Position numbers and translations under genes: made by a program. From an uncultured Verrucomicrobiae bacterium (lineage in GTDB: Bacteria; Verrucomicrobiota; Verrucomicrobiia; Chthoniobacterales; JAATET01): a DNA stretch of 64,000 nt. Location of the stretch: positions 64,001 through 128,000 of the forward strand of contig CAVRCI010000001.1 of NCBI GenBank assembly GCA_963719495.1. Direction: 5' to 3'. The notes below the pieces were generated by a model. That model did no database searches, was not told the origin of the DNA, and saw nothing but the letters and a program-made list of their open reading frames with translations. Positions 33,820 through 43,206 of this stretch are shown here, piece by piece (position 1 is the stretch's first letter; every line of letters starts with the position of its first letter).

Positions 33820-34944
33820 GTGTCCCTGCTCGATCGCTACGTTCTGAAGAAATTTCTCGTTCCTTTCGTCTACTGCTTCTTCGGATTCATCGCCATCTGG
33901 CTCGTCTTCGATCTCAGTGACAACGGACCCGACTTCATCGCCGGAAAAGTCGGATTGGACACCATCCTCGAGTTCTACGCGAGCCAGATTCCCGAGATCG
34001 TCGTCATCAGTCTCCCCGTCGGCACCCTCCTTGCCCTCCTCTACTCGCTCACCCAGATGTCGCGCTCCAACGAGATCATCTCGATGCTCGGCTCGGGCCG
34101 CAGCGTCGTCCGCATCCTGATGCCCCTCTTCGGCTTCGGGCTCCTCCTCGTTTTCGTCACCGGATTCTTCAACTACGAAGGCGCCCCGCACGCCGCCGCG
34201 ACGAAGAAAATGATGCTCAAAGAGATCAACAGCGGCAAAAAGCGCGAACGCTCCATCGTCGGCCACCTCTTCGTCAACCGACAGGACGACCGCGTCTGGT
34301 ATATGCGCAAGCTCCGGCTCGAAAGTAACGCCATCGACGACCTTCAGATCATCCAAATGGACGGCCGGGGCGTCCCGCTCAAACAATGGTATGCCCGCGA
34401 CGCCGTTTACGACGCGGCGCGCAAAGCGTGGAATTTCGTCGACCTCAAATACGTTGAACTCGCCCCCGACGGCGACATCGCCCGCACCGAATTCGAAAAA
34501 GAATTTCAAATCACCGGCTGGAGCGAAACCCCCGAGCGCATCGCCAGTTCCCGCATGGTCCCCGAGTATCTCTCGGTCCCCGAACTCCGCGACTACCTCG
34601 ACTACAACGCCGACTTCCCCAGCGACCAGCTCGCCCCCTTCGCCACCCACCTCCAATACCGCTTCGCCCTCCCCTGGGTCTGCATCCTCGTCGTCTTCCT
34701 GGCCGCCCCCATGGGCATCGTCTACTCCCGTCGCGGCATCCTCGGCGGCGTCGCCGTCGCCATCGCCCTCTTCTTCCTGCTCGTCATCGCCAGCAGCCTC
34801 GCCATCGCCCTCGGCAAGGGCGGCCGCGTCACCCCCGTCGAAGCCGCCTGGACCCCCCTCGCCGTCTTCTTCGTCATCGGCCTCCTCCTTCTCTGGTTCC
34901 GCTCCACCGCCCGCGACATTCCCATTCCGAAAGTATTTGGTTGA
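33820..34944 (+). CDS. LptF/LptG family LPS export permease
   Basis: LLDRYVLK, SRSNEIISMLGSG, 3+3 TM layout, AAWTP. Confidence 0.92.
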   Translation: MSLLDRYVLKKFLVPFVYCFFGFIAIWLVFDLSDNGPDFIAGKVGLDTILEFYASQIPEIVVISLPVGTLLALLYSLTQMSRSNEIISMLGSGRSVVRILMPLFGFGLLLVFVTGFFNYEGAPHAAATKKMMLKEINSGKKRERSIVGHLFVNRQDDRVWYMRKLRLESNAIDDLQIIQMDGRGVPLKQWYARDAVYDAARKAWNFVDLKYVELAPDGDIARTEFEKEFQITGWSETPERIASSRMVPEYLSVPELRDYLDYNADFPSDQLAPFATHLQYRFALPWVCILVVFLAAPMGIVYSRRGILGGVAVAIALFFLLVIASSLAIALGKGGRVTPVEAAWTPLAVFFVIGLLLLWFRSTARDIPIPKVFG

Positions 34945-35022
34945 TGGTTATTGGCTATTGGCCTGATCCGCCGCTCCGCGGCGGCAGTCCCCAATAACCA
35001 ACAACCAATAACCAACCAACAC
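34938..35022 (+). repeat. inverted TGGTTAT/CCAATAA heptamer arms around a short GC hairpin
   Basis: Same repeat unit as the arms at 45966/46214; encloses only GCCGCTCCGCGGC. Confidence 0.8.
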
Positions 35023-35032
35023 CCCTCACCAA

Positions 35033-35530
35033 ATGACCGACTGGGAAATCAAAAGCCGAGCCCACGCCTGCAGCCGAACGAAGACCCCGTTCACCGAAGG
35101 CGATTTCTTCCACACCCTCCTCTTCCGCGAAAAGGACGGCACCTTCCGCCGCGAAGACCTCTGCGAAGCCGCCTGGAACGATCGCAACGACAACCTCGCC
35201 CCGTTCTCATTCTGGCGCAGTAAATACGAGCCACCCCCGCCCGCCCCGCCCGAGGCGCTCAAAAAAAACGACGCCGAATCCCTGCTCCGCGCCCTCGCCG
35301 AGACCAACGACCCGCGCTACCGAAACGCCATCTACATCCTCGCCCTCATGCTCGAGCGCAAGCGCATCCTCCGCCCCATCGAGCAGGAGGACGCCGATAC
35401 CCTCGTCTACGAATTCCCAAAAACCGGCGAAACGATCATCCTCAAAAACCCCCACCTCAGCTTCGACCAAATCCCCGCCGTCCAGGAAGAAGTCAGCGCC
35501 CTACTGGACGAAAGCCTCTCGAAAGGTTGA
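35033..35530 (+). CDS. conserved hypothetical protein
   Basis: Typical codon usage; WEIKSRAHAC, RREDLCEAAW, YILALMLERKRIL. Confidence 0.8.
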   Translation: MTDWEIKSRAHACSRTKTPFTEGDFFHTLLFREKDGTFRREDLCEAAWNDRNDNLAPFSFWRSKYEPPPPAPPEALKKNDAESLLRALAETNDPRYRNAIYILALMLERKRILRPIEQEDADTLVYEFPKTGETIILKNPHLSFDQIPAVQEEVSALLDESLSKG

Positions 35531-35540
35531 GTGTTGAGAG

Positions 35541-36614
35541 ATGAGTGTTGAGTGGAAAGGAGGTGCCCCGACGCCGCAAAGCGGCGAAACCTCACCCACC
35601 AGTCACCAGTCACCAGTCACCAGTCACGCGCTGTATCTAGCCCCCATGGCGGGCGTCACCAACACGATCTTCCGCCAGATCTGCCTCGATCACGGAGCCG
35701 ACGTCCTCACGTCCGAATTCGTCTCCGCCGAAGGCATTCTTCACCGCAACCAGCGCACCCGCGAATACCTCGACTTCTCCGAGCGCGAGCGCCCCGTCGG
35801 CGTCCAGCTCTTCGGTGGCAATCCCGAAGCCCTCGCCGAAGCCGCCCGCCACGTCGCCGATTGGGTCCACCCCGACTTCATCGACCTCAACTTCGGCTGC
35901 CCCGTCAACAAAGTCGTTTCCAAACAAGGCGGCTCCGCCCTTCTCAAGGATTGCCCCCTCCTCGAGCGGGTCGCCCGAGCCGTCGTCGCCGCCGTCCACC
36001 CGCTCCCCGTCACCGCCAAGATCCGCACCGGCTGGAACGCCAGCACCATCAACGCCACCACCACCGCCACCATCCTCGAACAAGCCGGCATCCAACGCCT
36101 CGCCATCCACGGACGCACCAAAGAACAGGGCTACACCGGCGAAGCCGACTGGAACGTCATCGCCCAAGTCGCCGACACAGTCTCCATCCCCGTCATCGGC
36201 AACGGCGACATCGCCAGCGGCGCCGACGCCAAAAAGCGAATCACCGAATCCCGTGTCGCCGGCCTCATGATCGGCCGAGCCGCCATGACCAACCCCTGGA
36301 TCTTCACCGAAATCAAATGCACGCTCAACGGCGACCCCTTCACTCCCCCCACCGACGCCGACCGCTGGACCCTCCTCATCGACCACGCCCGCCGAGAAGC
36401 CCAGCGCCGAGGAGACGAACGCCGAGCCATCCACAGCCTGCGAAGCCGCCTCATGGCCTACAGCCGAGCCCTAAAAAACGGAAAAGCCCTCCGCCCAAAG
36501 TTCACCAAGGTCGACTCGGTCACCGAACTCGAAGACCTGGCGGCCGAGCACCAGGAAGGGGAAAACCGGGTTGCCTTCGGCGGTCTCCGCTCCGCTCCGG
36601 CTCCAGTCCGGTAG
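35541..36614 (+). CDS. dusB: tRNA-dihydrouridine synthase (DusB-like); start uncertain
   Basis: LAPMAGVT, IDLNFGCP, KIRTGW, HGRT, GNGDI, MIGRAA..NPW. Confidence 0.92.
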   Translation: MSVEWKGGAPTPQSGETSPTSHQSPVTSHALYLAPMAGVTNTIFRQICLDHGADVLTSEFVSAEGILHRNQRTREYLDFSERERPVGVQLFGGNPEALAEAARHVADWVHPDFIDLNFGCPVNKVVSKQGGSALLKDCPLLERVARAVVAAVHPLPVTAKIRTGWNASTINATTTATILEQAGIQRLAIHGRTKEQGYTGEADWNVIAQVADTVSIPVIGNGDIASGADAKKRITESRVAGLMIGRAAMTNPWIFTEIKCTLNGDPFTPPTDADRWTLLIDHARREAQRRGDERRAIHSLRSRLMAYSRALKNGKALRPKFTKVDSVTELEDLAAEHQEGENRVAFGGLRSAPAPVR

Positions 36615-36623
36615 CCGCAATCA

Positions 36624-36806
36624 GGGGGAACGCACGCCTCCCGGCGTGCGAGCAGCGGCGTCCCGCCGCTGCAACCCGGGCAACCCGCGAAGCGGGAGCC
36701 GAAGAAATCCCACCATTGACTCGCTCGCTCCCGCTCGTCTCGACCTCCGGGCTACATCGCAGAGCCGATGCAGTCTGCCCCGCGGCTTCCCAGCCGCCGG
36801 TGCTCA
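36624..36806 (+). repeat. composite REP-like element family A
   Basis: Module order matches 29241-29415, including CTCGCTCGCTCCCGCTCGTCTCG and CCGGTGCTCACC. Confidence 0.85.
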
Positions 36807-38108
36807 CCAGTCACGCACTCCTCCCCCCAACCGTCGCCCCACAAAATACGCCCCCATCCCCGCCAACAAAGTCCCCGCCCCCCAAGCCGCCTGCTTCGGC
36901 CGCTCCACCGCCGTGTAAGCCAGCGAAAACACCCCAATCGCCGCGAACAATCCCGGAGTCACCGGATATCCCCAGCACCGAAACGGCCGAGCCAACCCCG
37001 GCTCCCGCACCCGCAGCACCACAACCCCCACCACCGTCAACAACCCGCACGCCACCAGCGCAAACTGCGTGTAAATCAGCACATCCTCGAACGTCGCCGT
37101 CAGAATCAGGATCATCACCAGCACCCACTGCAACCCACACGCCAGCAGCGGAATCCCACCCCGCGACCGCCAGGCCAGCACCCGTAATCCAACGAAATCC
37201 TCCCCGATCGTCGCCGCCACCCGCGGCCCCGCCCACGTCATCGCGCTGATTGCCGAAATCAGTCCCAGCGAAATGAGCCCCGACATCACCCGCCCGCCAC
37301 TCGGCCCGAAGATCGCCGCCGCCGCCAGATTTCCGACGTCCAGCTGACCCGCCAACTCCCCCATCGGCACCGTCTTCAGAAACACCGCATTGAGCAACAC
37401 GTAGAAGACCCCCACGATCACCGTTCCCAGGATCAGCGACCAAGGCACGTTCCGCGCCGGATCCCGCACCTCCCCAATGATGTAGGTCGACGCGTTCCAC
37501 CCCGAATACGAATACATGACATACATCAGCGCCACCGCGAACGGCGCGCTCGCGATCCGCTCCCCGTCCCCCAAGACCGGCCAAAACGAAACGTCCACCG
37601 TCGGCCCGACCAAAAACCCCGCCGCCACGAGCACCAGGATCAGCGACACCTTCAGCCCAGTGAACACGTTCTGGAAAACCCCGCTCGACCGGATGGAAAT
37701 CCCGTGCACCCCCGCAACCAAAGTCGCGATCCCCACCGAAACCCAAACCACCGGCACATTCGGGATTAAATTCTGAGCGTAGCCGCCAAAAGCCATCGCC
37801 GCCAATGCCACCGGAGCCGCAAACCCCACGGTCGCCGACATGATCCCCGCCATGAACCCGACCGACGGATGATAAATCCGCGATAGAAAGTTGTATTCGC
37901 CCCCCGACCGGGGCAAAGCCGCCGCCAACTCCGCGTAACTCAAAGCTCCGCACACCGCGAAAACCGCCCCGAGAGCCCAAACCGCCAGAATCGCAAAACC
38001 CGAAGGCAACGGCCCAACCTGGAACCCCAGACTCGTAAAAACCCCCGTCCCAATCATGTTGGCCACCACGATCGCCGTGCAAGTCACCAACCCAATCTTC
38101 GCGTTCAT
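36804..38108 (-). CDS. APC family amino acid permease
   Basis: ANMIGTGVF, ALSYAELAAALPRSGGEY, YSYSGWNA..GEVRDP.RN, RPFRCWGYP. Confidence 0.93.
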   Translation of the reverse strand: MNAKIGLVTCTAIVVANMIGTGVFTSLGFQVGPLPSGFAILAVWALGAVFAVCGALSYAELAAALPRSGGEYNFLSRIYHPSVGFMAGIMSATVGFAAPVALAAMAFGGYAQNLIPNVPVVWVSVGIATLVAGVHGISIRSSGVFQNVFTGLKVSLILVLVAAGFLVGPTVDVSFWPVLGDGERIASAPFAVALMYVMYSYSGWNASTYIIGEVRDPARNVPWSLILGTVIVGVFYVLLNAVFLKTVPMGELAGQLDVGNLAAAAIFGPSGGRVMSGLISLGLISAISAMTWAGPRVAATIGEDFVGLRVLAWRSRGGIPLLACGLQWVLVMILILTATFEDVLIYTQFALVACGLLTVVGVVVLRVREPGLARPFRCWGYPVTPGLFAAIGVFSLAYTAVERPKQAAWGAGTLLAGMGAYFVGRRLGGGVRDW

Positions 38109-38261
38109 CAACCAACCATCATCACCGCCCCCACGAAGGAAGCCATTCCGAAAAATCACCACAAAGCGCTCCTCACCAAACTCCACGCCCCCCGTTACAA
38201 AACTCCGATGCGGCCGCACCGAAGTTTTGTAAAGCCACCCTCGACCCTCGACCCTCGACCC

Positions 38262-38867
38262 ATGACCTTCGACCTGGACAACGACCACGCCGACCGCGCC
38301 TACTCCATCCTCTCCTCCCTCGTCACCCCGCGCCCCATCGCCTGGGTCACCACCCTCTCGCCCACCGGCCAGTTCAACGCCGCCCCGTTCAGCTTCTTCA
38401 ACGTCCTCGGCGCCAACCCGCCCATCGTCGGCTTCTGCCCCGGCGACCGCGCGCCCGGCGTCCCGAAAGACACCGCGGCCAACATCCGCGCGACCCACGA
38501 ATTCGTCGTCAACCTCGTCGACGAGGATCTCGCCGAAGCGATGAACACCACCGCCGCCGACCTCCCCCCCGGCGAAAGCGAACTCAACCACGCCGGCCTC
38601 ACCACCGCCCCGTCCACCCTCGTCACCCCGCCCCGCATCGCCGAGGCCCCGGCCGCCCTCGAATGCACCGAGTGGGGCACCCTGCAAATCGGCGACAACC
38701 GCCTCATCATTGGCCTCGTCCACCGCGTCCACGTCCGCGACGAACTCGTTGATCACGACAACCTCCGCATCGTCAGCGAGAAGTTTCGCGTCATCGGTCG
38801 CATGGCCAGCCCAAGCAGCTATTGCCGCACCACCGACCGATTCGAACTCGAGCGCCCCGGGAACTAA
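38262..38867 (+). CDS. flavin reductase family protein
   Basis: PRPIAWVTT, NAAPFSFFN, KDTAANI..THEFVVN, PPRIAEAP.ALEC. Confidence 0.92.
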   Translation: MTFDLDNDHADRAYSILSSLVTPRPIAWVTTLSPTGQFNAAPFSFFNVLGANPPIVGFCPGDRAPGVPKDTAANIRATHEFVVNLVDEDLAEAMNTTAADLPPGESELNHAGLTTAPSTLVTPPRIAEAPAALECTEWGTLQIGDNRLIIGLVHRVHVRDELVDHDNLRIVSEKFRVIGRMASPSSYCRTTDRFELERPGN

Positions 38868-39162
38868 AACCCGACCGCCCACCCGCTCCCGAACGAAAGG
38901 AAAAAAACGGCTTGCGCCCCCCGCACCCGTTCCTTACCTCTTCAAAGCGCCCGCACCGTGCGGGCCAAACCCGTTACTCATTGAATCAGCACGACAGATT
39001 GAAACTCGGAATCCCCCAATGCCCCGGCTCGCCCTCGTGACGTCAGCTCGCATTTCCGCACCCCATCGCATCACGGCGCTCTCGCGACCATGACCGTGCT
39101 CATTACTTCAACCGGCACCGACGTCTTCACGGCGCGCCACACACCAACCCACAGGAGGTCTT

Positions 39163-39801
39163 ATTAAACCAAAAAGAGGTCGTCGTCCCATCGTTCCGCG
39201 CTGGGATCATCGCGTCAACGAACGCATCCGCGCCCGCGAGGTCCGCGTCATTCTCGCCGCCACCGGCGAACAGCTCGGCATTCTCAAAACCGAGGACGCC
39301 ATTCGCAAAGCCAAATCCTACGGCCTCGACCTCGTCGAAGTCACCGCGAAGGCCGATCCGCCCGTCTGCCGAATCGTCGACTACGGCAAATTCCGCTACG
39401 AGATCGCCAAGCACGAAAAGGACAAAAAACAGACCGTCAACAAGGTCAAGGAAGTCAAATTCCGCGCCAACATCGACGAGCACGACTACGTCACGAAGAT
39501 CCGCCGCGCCGAGCAGTTCCTCGACAAGGGCAGCAAGCTCAAGGTCGGCCTCCAATTCCGCGGACGCGAAATGGCCCACCAGGAAAACGGCCACGCCGTC
39601 ATGCAGCGCGTCAAAGCCGATCTCGCGACGATGGCCAACGTCGACATGGAGCCCAAGCTCACCGGTCGTGCCATCGGCATGACCCTCAGCCCCCTGCCCG
39701 CCAACAAGCGGGTTCGGAAATTCTCCAACGCCGCCGACGACATCGAAGACGACGAGGAAGACACCGACACGGAAGAGAACGAACAGGACGATGACTCCTA
39801 G
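39163..39801 (+). CDS. infC: translation initiation factor IF-3 with ATT start codon
   Basis: AGGAGG at 39153-39158 then ATT; RVNERIRAREVRVI, GLDLVEV..ADPPVCRIVDYGKFRYE, FRGREMAH. Confidence 0.95.
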   Translation: MKPKRGRRPIVPRWDHRVNERIRAREVRVILAATGEQLGILKTEDAIRKAKSYGLDLVEVTAKADPPVCRIVDYGKFRYEIAKHEKDKKQTVNKVKEVKFRANIDEHDYVTKIRRAEQFLDKGSKLKVGLQFRGREMAHQENGHAVMQRVKADLATMANVDMEPKLTGRAIGMTLSPLPANKRVRKFSNAADDIEDDEEDTDTEENEQDDDS

Positions 39802-40486
39802 CCCAGGACGTCGCCTTTTCCTCTTCGACATCGACGGCACCCTCATCACGTCGGGAGGTGCCGGGGAAAACGCGCTCCGCGACGCCGTCCGGGACCGCTT
39901 CGGCAAAGAGGAGGACCTCGAGGGCGTCACCATCGCCGGCAACACCGACTCCGCGATCAGCCGCCAGCTCCTCGAAAAGCACGGGATCGAACCCACGCCG
40001 GAAAACCTCACCGCTCTCCTCGACGGCTACCTCCACAATCTCACAAAGCGGCTCCCCAAACATTCCGGCCGCGTCCTCCCCGGGATCGTCACCCTCCTCG
40101 ACGCCCTCCGCGACCGCGAAGACTGCGTCCTCGCCCTCCTCACCGGCAACCTCGCCCGCGGAGCCGAGATCAAATTGAGTCACTACGGCGTCTGGGATTA
40201 CTTCGAATTCGGTGCCTACGCCGACGACAGCCACGACCGCAACCAACTCGGCCACTACGCCCGCACTCGGGCAAAGGAAACCAGCGGCGAAGATTTTCCA
40301 CCCGAAAGAATCTACGTCATCGGCGACACCCCGAGAGACATCGAGTGCGGCAAAGCCATCGACGCGAAAACGGTCGCGATCGCCACCGGCAACTACAGCC
40401 AGGCCGAGCTGGCCGCCCACGAACCCGACCACCTCTTCGAAGACTTGAGCGTCACCGAAAAGGTCATCGAGTCCCTCTTCAGCTAG
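39791..40486 (+). CDS. HAD family hydrolase/phosphatase
   Basis: LFDIDGTL, LTGN, IGDTPRDI. Confidence 0.92.
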   Translation: MTPSPGRRLFLFDIDGTLITSGGAGENALRDAVRDRFGKEEDLEGVTIAGNTDSAISRQLLEKHGIEPTPENLTALLDGYLHNLTKRLPKHSGRVLPGIVTLLDALRDREDCVLALLTGNLARGAEIKLSHYGVWDYFEFGAYADDSHDRNQLGHYARTRAKETSGEDFPPERIYVIGDTPRDIECGKAIDAKTVAIATGNYSQAELAAHEPDHLFEDLSVTEKVIESLFS

Positions 40487-40621
40487 GGGAGCGCACGCGT
40501 CCCCGCGTGCGAGATGCGGCGTCCCGCCGCATCAAACCAGGCAAGTCGAGCAAAGCGAGAGAGCCAAACCTCAAGGAGCGGCGATTTGCAATCGCCGAAC
40601 CAACCCAAATCCGCAAAGCGG
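40486..40621 (+). repeat. composite REP-like element family A+B
   Basis: Begins at the HAD stop codon; near-identical to 47003-47137. Confidence 0.85.
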
Positions 40622-40656
40622 ATCACTCCCCTCTCCGACCCCCGCGAGCCACACCC

Positions 40657-41709
40657 GTGACGACCCTCCGTCAAAAAGCCACCACCCTCCTCCAGCACCT
40701 CGCCGAGATCGCCGCCCTCTTCGCCACGATCGGCTTCATCCTCGGCACCCTCGGCCGCCACCATTGGATCCTCGATCTCGCGAGCCACTTCCGATTCCAA
40801 TATCTCGCCGCGTTCGCGGCCGCCACCATCGTCTTCGCCGCCTCCCGCCGATGGAAATCCGCCCTCGCCGCCGCCGCCGCGACCACCCTCGTGGCAATCA
40901 GCCTCGCCCCCTACTACCTCCCGTCGTCGGCAACGCCAGCCAGCCCAAAAGGCACCCCACTGAAGCTCATCACCTTCAACGTCAACACGGCGAACGACCG
41001 CCACGCCGAAGTCACCGACTATCTCTTTCGCGAAAACGCCGATGTCGTCATCCTGCTCGAAGTTGGCCCCCGCTGGATCGAAGGCCTCACCCCGCTGCAC
41101 GCACTCTACCCCCACCGCTACGAGAACCCCCGACGCGACAATTTCGGCATGGCCTTTTTCAGTAAACATCCGTTCGAAGACCGTTCACCCGAAGCCTCAG
41201 ACCGATTCGGTCGCCCCGTCGTCGACGCCCTCGTCCATCTCCCGACCCAATCCGTCGAAATCGTCGGCACCCACCCCGACCCGCCCACGAGCAGCTTGGC
41301 GTCCGCCTCCCGGGACGAAATGCTGGTTGCCCTCCTGCCGACTACCTCGGACCCGAGGGATCACCCCTTCATCGCCGCCGGCGACTTCAATCTCTCGCAA
41401 TTTTCTCCAAATTTTCAGGCGCTCCTCCACGGAAGCGGCCTCCAGGACACCGCCGTCGGGCACGGCCTTGCTCCCACCTGGATGCGACGCAATCCCGTCT
41501 TCGCGGCACCAATCGATCAAGTCCTCATCTCCCCCGACGTCGAGATTCTGTCGCGCCACGTCGGCCCATCCATCGGTTCCGATCATTCCCCTCTGATCGT
41601 CGAACTCTCGCTCCCAGCTCGGCGAGCAGAGCCCTTTTCAAGGCCAGTCCGAGCGCGCCCCCACGAGCTCACGCCGCCGCCGCGAAAGCCTCCAACCCTT
41701 CGCGAGTGA
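40657..41709 (+). CDS. membrane-anchored endonuclease/exonuclease/phosphatase family protein
   Basis: N-terminal TM helices (SHFRFQY), TFNV, AGDFN, IDQVL, GSDHSPL. Confidence 0.88.
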   Translation: MTTLRQKATTLLQHLAEIAALFATIGFILGTLGRHHWILDLASHFRFQYLAAFAAATIVFAASRRWKSALAAAAATTLVAISLAPYYLPSSATPASPKGTPLKLITFNVNTANDRHAEVTDYLFRENADVVILLEVGPRWIEGLTPLHALYPHRYENPRRDNFGMAFFSKHPFEDRSPEASDRFGRPVVDALVHLPTQSVEIVGTHPDPPTSSLASASRDEMLVALLPTTSDPRDHPFIAAGDFNLSQFSPNFQALLHGSGLQDTAVGHGLAPTWMRRNPVFAAPIDQVLISPDVEILSRHVGPSIGSDHSPLIVELSLPARRAEPFSRPVRARPHELTPPPRKPPTLRE

Positions 41710-42463
41710 TCGCATGCTTCGCCCCGCACCGCGGGCACCCCATCCGAATCACCGCCTCGTCCCCGAACAAATCATCCGCGTCCCGCTCGAACACCGGCAG
41801 CAACGCCCGCATCATCCGGTCCTGATTGCACCCGCACTCAAACCGGTAATACCGCTGCTCCAGCAAGCTCATCTCCTCGTCCTCGTCCAGCCGCCGAATC
41901 GCCTCGGGCGTCAGTCCCTCCAACCACTCGACGTCACAATCCGGCTGGGCGCCGACGAGCACGTAGTCGTCGTCCGAGTGATGAAAAAACCGCGAGGGCC
42001 GCTGCTCGCTGTGGGCGTAAAACCGCTCCGCCGCCGCGAAAAATTCCCCGGTATCGAAATCCACCACACTCCGCCGCGACTCCCCGCGCCCCGGGATCAC
42101 GTCCGCGTAAAACAACCCCGAAGCCGCCGCCTTCACATCCTCCGTGAAGACCGTCGCCACCACGGTCCCAATTGGGTTATCCACGGACGCAAACACGTTG
42201 AGTAGAGGTTCCTGAAAGTTCACCGTCCAAGCCACGCGATCCGCCCGCGGACGCGAAGCCCCGTGCAGCGTGATCGCCGTCAAAGCGTTTTTCACGTATT
42301 CCGCTGCGTCGGGATCCACCTTCTGGGCGTAATCTGCAAGGTGAAGATAATAGTCGACGTAGATTTGGGAGAATTCCCCCCGAGCCACGAGAGCGTTTCT
42401 TCCCCGAACAAAATAAGTCCGAATTTCAATGCTACGGTCGTCGATCGATTCCTCTGCGCTCAC
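41669..42463 (-). CDS. hslO: Hsp33 family redox-regulated chaperone
   Basis: SEQRPS, FECGC...CPRC zinc motif at C-terminus. Confidence 0.85.
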   Translation of the reverse strand: MSAEESIDDRSIEIRTYFVRGRNALVARGEFSQIYVDYYLHLADYAQKVDPDAAEYVKNALTAITLHGASRPRADRVAWTVNFQEPLLNVFASVDNPIGTVVATVFTEDVKAAASGLFYADVIPGRGESRRSVVDFDTGEFFAAAERFYAHSEQRPSRFFHHSDDDYVLVGAQPDCDVEWLEGLTPEAIRRLDEDEEMSLLEQRYYRFECGCNQDRMMRALLPVFERDADDLFGDEAVIRMGCPRCGAKHAITREGLEAFAAAA

Positions 42464-42502
42464 TTGTTAATCATAAAAATGAATGGTATCCATTGCACGC
42501 TG

Positions 42503-43057
42503 ATGCTCGAAAATCAAAAGGAAGAAACCGCCTGCCTCCACGTGCTGGGCCTCCTCGACCCCGATCAGTCCGCCGATTTCGAGCAGACGATGGCCGATGA
42601 CGCGGACCTGGCGCGCACCGTCGCCGACCTCAACGAGACCCTCACCAACCTCAGCACCACCACCACGAAAATCGAGCTCCCGTCCGACGCGTTGAAGAAC
42701 CGCGTCCTCGATCTCGTCGACCTCGTCGCACCCCGCGTCTGGACCGACACCCGCGGCCACGTCACTGGGATCAACTCCGCTTTCACCGGTCTCTGCGGCT
42801 ACACCTTCAGCGAAATCGCCGGACGCAAACCCGGCCACGTCCTCCAAGGACCCGGCACCAACCCGGCCGCCATCGAAGCCCTCCGATCCGCCGTCACCGA
42901 AGCCCGCGAGCACCGCACCGAGATGCTCAATTATCACAAGGACGGCACCCCCTACTGGGTCAAAATCCACGTCCGCCCAACCCGCAACGAGCAAGGCACC
43001 CTCACCGGCTACGAAGCCGAAGAAAAGAAAACCGCCTTCCCCGACGGGGTAGCGTAG
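42503..43057 (+). CDS. anti-sigma-like N-terminal domain fused to a PAS (LOV-like, Cys-less) domain
   Basis: LHVLGLLD...FEQ...PSDALKNRVL; NSAFTGLCGYT..EIAGRKPGHVLQGPGT, LNYHKDGTPYW; alternative start 42479. Confidence 0.75.
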   Translation: MLENQKEETACLHVLGLLDPDQSADFEQTMADDADLARTVADLNETLTNLSTTTTKIELPSDALKNRVLDLVDLVAPRVWTDTRGHVTGINSAFTGLCGYTFSEIAGRKPGHVLQGPGTNPAAIEALRSAVTEAREHRTEMLNYHKDGTPYWVKIHVRPTRNEQGTLTGYEAEEKKTAFPDGVA

Positions 43058-43097
43058 GCGTCCCGCCTGCGGCGATGGGCGTCCCGCCCATCACCCG
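43047..43097 (+). repeat. GTAG-type REP-like hairpins overlapping a stop codon
   Basis: GTAGCGTAGGCGTCCCGCCTGCG and GATGGGCGTCCCGCCCATC. Confidence 0.7.
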
Positions 43098-43206
43098 TTC
43101 CCAACCGGCGAAGCCGCACTTCCCCACCCGAAGTCGTGCCCCCCTCTCCCCCCGGGAAAGTCCGCCATTGAACCCGCCCCGACATAAGCGTATCTAATAC
43201 GAGAAC

